In this document: piece by piece, positions 56,301 to 64,000 of the stretch
Numbering within the stretch: position 1 is the first letter of the stretch
Layout of the letters: each line of letters begins with the position of its first letter
DNA from: the human T2T-CHM13v2.0 reference genome, Homo sapiens
DNA: 64,000 nucleotides
NCBI GenBank assembly: GCA_009914755.4
Contig: CP086569.2
Coordinates: 61,536,001-61,600,000, forward strand
Direction: 5' to 3'
The notes under the pieces: generated by a model
Databases searched by the model: none
What the model was told of the DNA's origin: nothing
Seen by the model: only the letters and a program-made list of their open reading frames with translations
Program-made: the position numbers and the translations under genes

Positions 56301-59300
56301 TAAGGACTCCAATGGAATGGAATCGAATGGAAGGGAAACGAACGGAATGGAATCGAAGGGAAAAGACTGCAATGGAAAGGTCTCGAATGGAATGGAAAAT
56401 AATGGAATGGAATGGAATCGAATGAAATGGAGGCAAAAGGAATGGAATCGAATGGCAAGAAATCGAATGTAATGGAATCGCAAAGAATTTATGTGAACGG
56501 AACGGAATGGAATGGAATCCAAAGGAATGGAATAGAATGGAATGGAATCGAATGGAAAGGACTCGAATGGAAATCACTCGAATAGAATGCAATTTAATAA
56601 AATAGGATCAAATGTAATGGAATGGAATGGAAAGGAATCGAAACGAAAGGAATGGAGACAGATGGAATGGAATGGAACAGAGAGCAATGGTATAGAATGG
56701 AATGGAATCATCTGGAATGGAATTGAATGGAATGGAATAATATGAAATGGAATGGAATGGAATGGAATGCCCTTGAATTAAATGGACTGGAATGGAATGG
56801 ACTCGAACAGAGTGGAATGGAAAGTGTTGAGATAGAATGGAATGGACTCCTTTGGAATGGTCTAGTATGCAATGCAATCGACTGGCAGGGAAACAAAAGG
56901 AATGTAATCGAATGGATTGGACTGGAATGCAATGGACTCGAATAGATTGGAAACGGAATGCAAAGGAATGGAATGGAATAGTATGGAATGGAATGGAAAG
57001 GAATGGAGTGGAATAGACTAGAGTGGAATGGAATGGACTCGAAAGCAATGGACTGGAATGGAACTTACTTGAATGGACTGGAATCAAACGGAATGGAATG
57101 CAATGCAATCAAATGGCATGGAATAAGATAGAATGAAAGAGAATCAAATGGAATTGAATCGAATGGAATCGAATGGATTGGAAAGGAATAGAATGGAATG
57201 GAATGGAATTGACTCAAATGGAATGGACTAGAATGGAATGGATTCGAATGGAAGGCAAAGGAATGGAATCTATTGGAATGGACTGTAATGGAATGCAATG
57301 GAAGGGATTGGAATGGACTCGAATGGAATGGACTGCAATAGAAAGGATTCGAATGGAATGAAAAAGAATTGAATGGAATAGAACAGAATGGAATCAAATC
57401 GAATGAAATGGAATGGAATAGAAAGGAATGGAATGAAATGGAATGGAAAGGATTCGAATGGAATGCAATCGAATGGAATGGAATCGAACGGAATGGAATA
57501 AAATGGAAGAAAACTGGCAAGAAATGGAATCGAAATGAATGGAGTGTTATGGAATGGACGCAAAAGGAATTGAATGTAATAGAATGGAGTGGAGTGGACT
57601 CGAATATAATGGACTGGAATGGAATGAAATCACACGGAATGGGAACGAATGGAATGGAATGGAAAGGAATGGAATCGAATGGAAAGGAATCGAATGGAGG
57701 GGAATGAAATTGAATCAACAGGAATGGAAGGGAATAGAATAGACGGTAATGGAATGGACTCGAATAGAATGGACACGAATGCTCAAATTGAATGGACTCG
57801 AATGGAATGGAAAGGAAAGGAATGTCATCGAATGGAATTGAATCGATTGGAATGAAATCGCATAGAATGGAGTGGAATCAAATGGAATTGAATCGAAAGG
57901 AAAGGAAGCGAATGGACTGAAATGAAATGGAATGGAATTGAATGAAAAGTAATGCAATGGAATAGAGTGGAACGAAATTTCACGGAATGGAATCAAACTG
58001 AATGGAATCAAATCAATGGAATCAAATCAAATGGAATGGAAAGGAATTGAATGGAGTAGATTGGATTGGATGGGATTGGAATGAAATGTACTGGAAAGGA
58101 CTCGAATTTCATGAAACGGAATGGAATGAATTGGAACGGAATGGACTCGAATGGAATGGAATGTCATGGAATGGCATCAAATGGAATGGCATCAAATGGA
58201 ATGGAATCGAATGCAATGGAATGCTATGGAATGGAATGGAATGCATTGGAATGGAATGTCCTCTAATGGAATGGATTCGAGTGGAATGGAATCGAATATA
58301 ATGGAGTCGAATGAAATGGAATTGAAAAAAATGGGATCGAATACAATGGAATATACTGGAATGTAATGTAATGAACTCGAATGTAATTGACTGGAATAGA
58401 ATGTACATGAATGGAATGTAATCGAATGGAAACTAATCCAATGGAATAGAATCTAATGCAATAAAATCGACTCAGATAGAGTAGAATGTAATGGAATGGA
58501 GTGCAGTGCAATGGAATGGAATGGAATGGAATGCAATGGAATGGAATGGAATGCAATGGAATGGAATGGAATGCAATGGAATGGGATGGAATGGTATGGA
58601 ATGGATAGTAATGGACTGGAGTGAAATGGACTGGAAAGGAATGGACTCAAATTGAAAGGGCTCGAAAGGAATGGAGACAAATGGAATGGTCTGGAATGGA
58701 ATGAACACGAATGTAATGCAATCCAATAGAATGGAGTCGAATGGCATGGAATATAAAGAAATGGAATCGAAGAGAATGGAAACAAATGGAATGGAATTGA
58801 ATGGAATGGAATTGAATGGAATGGGAACGAATGGAGTGAAATTGTATGCAGTAGAAGAGAATAGAATGGAATGCAAGCGAAAGGAAAGGAATGGATTGGA
58901 ATGGAATGGAATTCATTGGAATGGAAGGGAATGTAGTGTAATGGACAGGCCTGGAATAAAGTGGAATGCTACGGTCTCGAATGGAATAAAAATGTATGGA
59001 ATGGAATGCAATGAAACGGAATCGAATGTCATAGAATGTAATGGAATGCAAAAAAATGGACTCCAAAATCATTGACTGGAAAGGCTGGGTGTCGAAAGGA
59101 ATTGACTCCAATGGAATGGAATCGAATGGAATGGAAGTGAATAGAATCAAACTAAATCGAATGGAATGGAATTGATAGGAACGGAATGGAAAGGAATGCA
59201 ATGATTTGGCATGGAATGGAACCGAATGGCATCGAATGGAATGGAATGGAATGCAATGGAATGGAATGTATTAGAATGTAATGAACTTTAATGGAATGTA

Positions 59301-59864
59301 CTCGAATGGATTCGACTGGAATGGAATGTTCTGGAAGTGAATGGACTCCAATGGAATGGATTCAAAAGGAATGGAATCGTACGGAATGGAATCTAATGGA
59401 ATGGAATTAAATGGAAATGAATCAAATTGAATAGCACGGAATTGAATTGAATGGAATGGAATGCAATGGAATCTAATGAAACGGAAAGGAAAGGAATGGA
59501 ATGGAATGGAATGGGCTGGAATGGAAAGGAATCGAAACGAATGGAATGGAATCGAACTGAAGAGACTGGAATGGAATGCACTGGAATGGAAGGGAGTGTA
59601 ATGGAAGGTTCTCGGAAAAAATGGAATGCAATGGAATGGAATTGAATGGAACGGAATAGAGTCGAATGGAATTGAATGGAATGGAATGGACTAGAGTGAA
59701 ATGGAATCGAACCACAAGGAATGGACAGGAATAGAATGGTCTCGAATTGAATGGAATCGTATGGAATGGCATCAAACGGAATGGAATGGACAGCCACGGA
59801 ATGGAATGCACTCGAATGCAATGGAGTCGAAACTAATGGACTGGAATAGAATGGACTCGACTGG
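56301..59864 (+). repeat. HOR unit 17 (type D-like), 3564 bp
   Basis: Runs from the anchor variant taaggactcc at 56301 to the anchor at 59865. Private variants include gggaaacgaacgg and gaaaataatgg near 56330–56400. Confidence 0.8.
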
Positions 59865-62800
59865 TACGGACTCCAATGGAATGGAATCGAATGGAAGGGA
59901 ATCGAACGGAATGGACTCGAAGGGAAAAGACTGCAATGGAAAGGTCTCGAATGGAATGGAAATTAATGGAATGGAATGGAATCGAATGAAATGGAGTCAA
60001 AAGGAATGGAATCGAATGGCAAGAAATCAAATGTAATGGAATCGCAAGGAATTGATGTGAACGGAACGGAATGGAATGGAATCCAAAGGAATGGAATAGA
60101 ATGGAATGGAATCGAATGGAAAGGACTCGAATGGAAATCACTCGAATAGAATGCAATTTAATAAAATAGGATCAAATGTAATGGAATGGAATGGAAAGGA
60201 ATCGAAACGAAAGGAATGGAGACAGATGGAATGGAATGGAACAGAGAGCAATGGTATAGAATGGAATGGAATCATCTGGAATGGAATTGAATGGAATGGA
60301 ATAATATGAAATGGAATGGAATGGAATGGAATGGAATGCCCTTGAATTAAATGGACTGGACTCGAACAGATTGGAATGGAAAGTGTTGAGATAGAATGGA
60401 ATGGACTCCTTTAGAATGGTGTAGTATGCAATGCAATCGACTGGCAGGGAATCAAAAGGAATGTAATGGAATGGATTGGACTGGAATGCAATGGACTCGA
60501 ATAGATTGGAAACGGAATGCAAAGGAATGGAATGGAATAGTATGGAATGGAATGGAAAGGAATGGAGTGGAATAGACTAGAGTGGAATGGAATGGACTGG
60601 AATGCAATGGAATGGAATGGAACTTTCTTGAATGGACTGGAATCAAACGGAATGGAATGCAATGCAATCAAATGGCATGGAATAAGATAGAATGAAAGAG
60701 AATCAAATGGAATAGAATCGAATGGAATCGAATGGATTGGAAAGGAATAGAATGGAATGGAATGGAATTGACTCAAATGGAATGGACTAGAATGGAATGG
60801 ATTCGAATGGAAGGCAAAGGAATGGAATCTATTGGAATGGACTGTAATGGAATGGAATGGAAGGGATTGGAATGGACTCGAATGGAATGGACTGCAATAG
60901 AAAGGATTCGAATGGAATGAAAAAGAATTGAATGGAATAGAACAGAATGGAATCAAATCGAATGAAATGGAATGGAATAGAAAGGAATGGAATGAAATGG
61001 AATGGAAAGGATTCGAATGGAATGCAATCGAATGGAATGGAATCGAACGGAATGTAATAAAATGGAAGAAAACTGGCAAGAAATGGAATCGAAATGAATG
61101 GAGTGTTATGGAACGGACTCAAAAGGAATTGAATGTAATAGAATGGAGTGGAGTGGACTCGAATATAATGGACTGGAATGGAATGAAATCACATGGAATG
61201 GGAACGAATGGAATGGAATGGAAAGGAATGGAATCGAATGGAAAGGAATCGAACGGAAGGGAATGAAATTGAATCAACAGGAATGGAAGGAAATAGAATA
61301 GACGGTAATGGAATGGACTCGAATAGAATGGACACGAATGCTCAAATTGAATGGACTCGAATGGAATGGAAACGAAAGGAATGTCATCGAATGGAATTGA
61401 ATCGATTGGAATGAAATCGCATAGAATGGAGTGGAATTAAATGGAATTGAATCGAAAGGAAAGGAAGCGAATGGACTGAAATGAAATGGAATGGAATTGA
61501 ATGGAAATTAATGCAATGGAATAGAATGGAACGAAATTTCACGGAATGGAATCAAACTGAAAGGAATCAAATCAATGGAATCTAATCAAATGGAATGGAA
61601 AGGAATTGAATGGAGTAGATTGGATTGGATGGGATTGGAATGAAATTTACTGGAAAGGACTCGAATTTCATGAAACGGAATGGAATGAATTGGAACGGAA
61701 TGGACTCGAATGGAATGGAATGTCATGGAATGGCATCAAATGGAATGGCATCAAATGGAATGGAATCGAATGCAATGGAATGCTATGGAATGGAATGGAA
61801 TGCATTGGAATGGAATGTCCTCTAATGGAATGGATTCGAGTGGAATGGAATCGAATATAATGGAGTCGAATGAAATGGAATTGGAAGGAATGGGATCGAA
61901 TACAATGGAATATACTGGAATGTAATGTAATGAACTCGAATGTAATTGACTGGAATGGAATGTACATGAATGGAACGTAATCGAATGGAAAGTAATCCAA
62001 TGGAATAGAATCTAATGCAATAAAATCGACTCAGATAGAGTAGAATGTAATGGAATGGAGTGCAGTGCAATGGAATGGAATGGAATGGAATGCAATGGAA
62101 TGGAATGGAATGGAATGGAATGGAATGGAATGGGATGGAATGGTACGGAATGGATAGTAATGGACTGGAGTGAAATGGACTGGAAAGGAATGGACTCAAA
62201 TTGAAAGGGCTCGAAAGGAATGGAGACAAATGGAATGGTCTGGAATGGAATGAACACGAATGTAATGCAATCCAATAGAATGGAATCGAATGGCATGGAA
62301 TATAAAGAAATGGAATCGAAGAGAATGGAAACAAATGGAATGGAATTGAATGGAATGGAATTGAATGGAATGGGAACGAATGGAGTGAAATTGTATGCAG
62401 TAGAAGAGAATAGAATGGAATGCAAGCGAAAGGAAAGGAATGGATTGGAATGGAATGGAATTCATTGGAATGGAAGGGAATGTAGTGTAATGGAGAGGCC
62501 TGGAATAAAGTGGAATGCTACGGTCTCGAATGGAATAAAAATGTATGGAATGGAATGCAATGAAACGGAATCGAATGTCATAGAATGTAATGGAATGCAA
62601 AAAAAATGGAATCCAAAATCATTGACTGGAAAGGCTGGGTGTCGAAAGGAATTGACTCCAATGGAATGGAATCGAATGGAATGGAAGTGAATAGAATCGA
62701 ACTAAATCGAATGGAATGGAATTGATAGGAACGGAATGGAAAGGAATGCAATGATTTTGCATGGAATGGAATCGAATGGCATCGAATGGAATGGAATGGA

Positions 62801-63414
62801 ATGCAATGGAATGGAATGTATTAGAATGTAATGAACTTTAATGGAATGTACTCGAATGGATTCGACTGGAATGGAATGTTCTGGAAGTGAATGGACTCCA
62901 ATGGAATGGATTCAAAAGGAATGGAATCGTACGGAATGGAATCTAATGGAATGGAATTAAATGGAAATGAATCAAATTGAATAGCACGGAATTGAATTGA
63001 ATGGAATGGAATGCAATGGAATCTAATGAAACGGAAAGGAAAGGAATGGAATGGAATGGAATGGGCTGGAATGGAAAGGAATCGAAACGAATGGAATGGA
63101 ATCGAACTGAAGAGACTGGAATGGAATGCACTGGAATGGAAGGGAGTGTAATGGAAGGTTCTCGAAAAAAATGGAATCGAATGGAATGGAATTGAATGGA
63201 ACGGAATAGAGTCGAATGGAATTGAATGGAATGGAATGGACTAGAGTGAAATGGAATCGAACCACAAGGAATGGACAGGAATAGAATGGTCTCGAATTGA
63301 ATGGAATCGTATGGAATGGCATCAAACGGAATGGAATGGACAGCCACGGAATGGAATGCACTCGAATGCAATGGAGTCGAAACTAATGGACTGGAATAGA
63401 ATGGACTCGACTGG
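59865..63414 (+). repeat. HOR unit 18, 3550 bp
   Basis: Runs from anchor 59865 to anchor 63415. It reads ggactggactcgaacagattgg at about 60355 and lacks one ggaatgg block there. Confidence 0.8.
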
Positions 63415-64000
63415 TACGGACTCCAATGGAATGGAATCGAATGGAAGGGAATCGAACGGAATGGACTCGAAGGGAAAAGACTGCAATGGAAAGGTCTCGA
63501 ATGGAATGGAAATTAATGGAATGGAATGGAATCGAATGAAATGGAGTCAAAAGGAATGGAATCGAATGGCAAGAAATCAAATGTAATGGAATCGCAAGGA
63601 ATTGATGTGAACGGAACGGAATGGAATGGAATCCGAAGGAATGGAATAGAATGGAATGGAATCGAATGGAAAGGACTCGAATGGAAATCACTCGAATAGA
63701 ATGCAATTTAATAAAATAGGATCAAATGTAATGGAATGGAATGGAAAGGAATCGAAACGAAAGGAATGGAGACAGATGGAATGGAATGGAACAGAGAGCA
63801 ATGGTATAGAATGGAATGGAATCATCTGGAATGGAATTGAATGGAATGGAATAATATGAAATGGAATGGAATGGAATGGAATGGAATGCCCTTGAATTAA
63901 ATGGACTGGACTCGAACAGAGTGGAATGGAAAGTGTTGAGATAGAATGGAATGGACTCATTTGGAATGGTGTAGTATGCAATGCAATCGACTGGCAGGGA
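63415..64000 (+). repeat. HOR unit 19 (partial, first 586 bp)
   Basis: The anchor is at 63415. The unit is collinear with other unit starts through the ggcagggaa motif that ends the window. Confidence 0.8.

Larger units (their letters stand above)
52742..59864 (+). repeat. Two-unit super-repeat copy 2 (X-D-like, 7123 bp)
   Basis: See copy 1. The second unit (unit 17) has diverged more; it has lost the extra GGCC site and carries private variants. Confidence 0.65.
1..64000 (+). repeat. Human satellite III (HSat3), a (GGAAT)n-derived tandem satellite array organised in ~3.55 kb higher-order repeats. Most consistent with the DYZ1 block of Yq12.
   Basis: The GGAAT pentamer and its one-mismatch variants (CGAAT, GCAAT, GGACT, GTAAT, GGAAA) make up essentially every base. 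The anchor motif tacggactccaatgg recurs at positions 1, 3585, 7159, 10706, 14255, 17829, 21366, 24915, 28489, 32031, 35580, 39129, 45626, 49173, 52742, 56301 (as taaggactcc), 59865 and 63415. Unit lengths of 3537–3584 bp match the published ~3.56 kb DYZ1 unit. Each unit has a single GGCC site (for example 2668–2671) and a single GAATTC site (for example 2629–2634). No non-satellite sequence was found. Confidence 0.93.

Noticed and set aside
1-64000. Possibility of a CRISPR array or other prokaryotic repeat system
   Set aside because: There are no short direct repeats with unique spacers. The periodicities are 5 bp, ~3.55 kb, ~7.1 kb and ~10.7 kb. The composition and organisation are typical of primate pericentromeric or Yq heterochromatic satellite. 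There are no cas-like or other credible coding regions.
1-64000. Alpha satellite or HSat2 as alternative satellite classes
   Set aside because: There is no 171-bp periodicity and no CENP-B box (TTCGnnnnAnnCGGG), so it is not alpha satellite. HSat2 is a far more degenerate CATTC derivative with characteristic 23–26 bp subrepeats. Here the clean pentamer dominates, which fits HSat3.
1-64000. Embedded mobile element (Alu/L1/LTR) or unique-sequence island interrupting the array
   Set aside because: I scanned all 18 units. Every non-pentameric stretch is under 60 bp and recurs at the same offset in every unit, which makes it diverged satellite and not an insertion. There are no poly-A tailed inserts, target-site duplications or Alu- or L1-like sequence.

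Overview
The whole 64 kb window is one uninterrupted tandem satellite array built from the pentamer GGAAT (CATTC on the other strand). The + strand is the purine-rich GGAAT strand. This is the composition of human satellite III (HSat3). On top of the pentamer there is a clear higher-order repeat (HOR) of about 3.55 kb (3537–3584 bp). It is present as 18 full or near-full copies plus a 586-bp partial copy at the 3' end; one copy pair is fused by an internal deletion of about 0.65 kb. A 3.55–3.56 kb pentameric HOR is the hallmark of the Y-chromosome DYZ1 block (Yq12), which is my best assignment, held only moderately. Each unit carries a single HaeIII site (GGCC) and a single EcoRI site (GAATTC). 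A third tier of organisation sits above the 3.55 kb HOR. Units 1–9 form three nearly identical copies of a three-unit (A-B-C) super-repeat of about 10.66 kb. Units 10–13 are a transition zone of hybrid and indel-bearing units, including the deletion. Units 14–17 form two copies of a two-unit super-repeat of about 7.12 kb. I find no protein-coding genes, RNA genes, mobile-element insertions, CRISPR arrays or prokaryote-like operons. Every ORF in the six-frame track is an artefact: GGAAT and ATTCC repeats contain no stop codons in any frame, so the ORFs simply run between variant pentamers and translate to low-complexity MEWNG-type or HSIPF-type peptides. The most interesting content here is therefore the satellite's multi-level architecture and its local homogenisation domains, not a new gene system.
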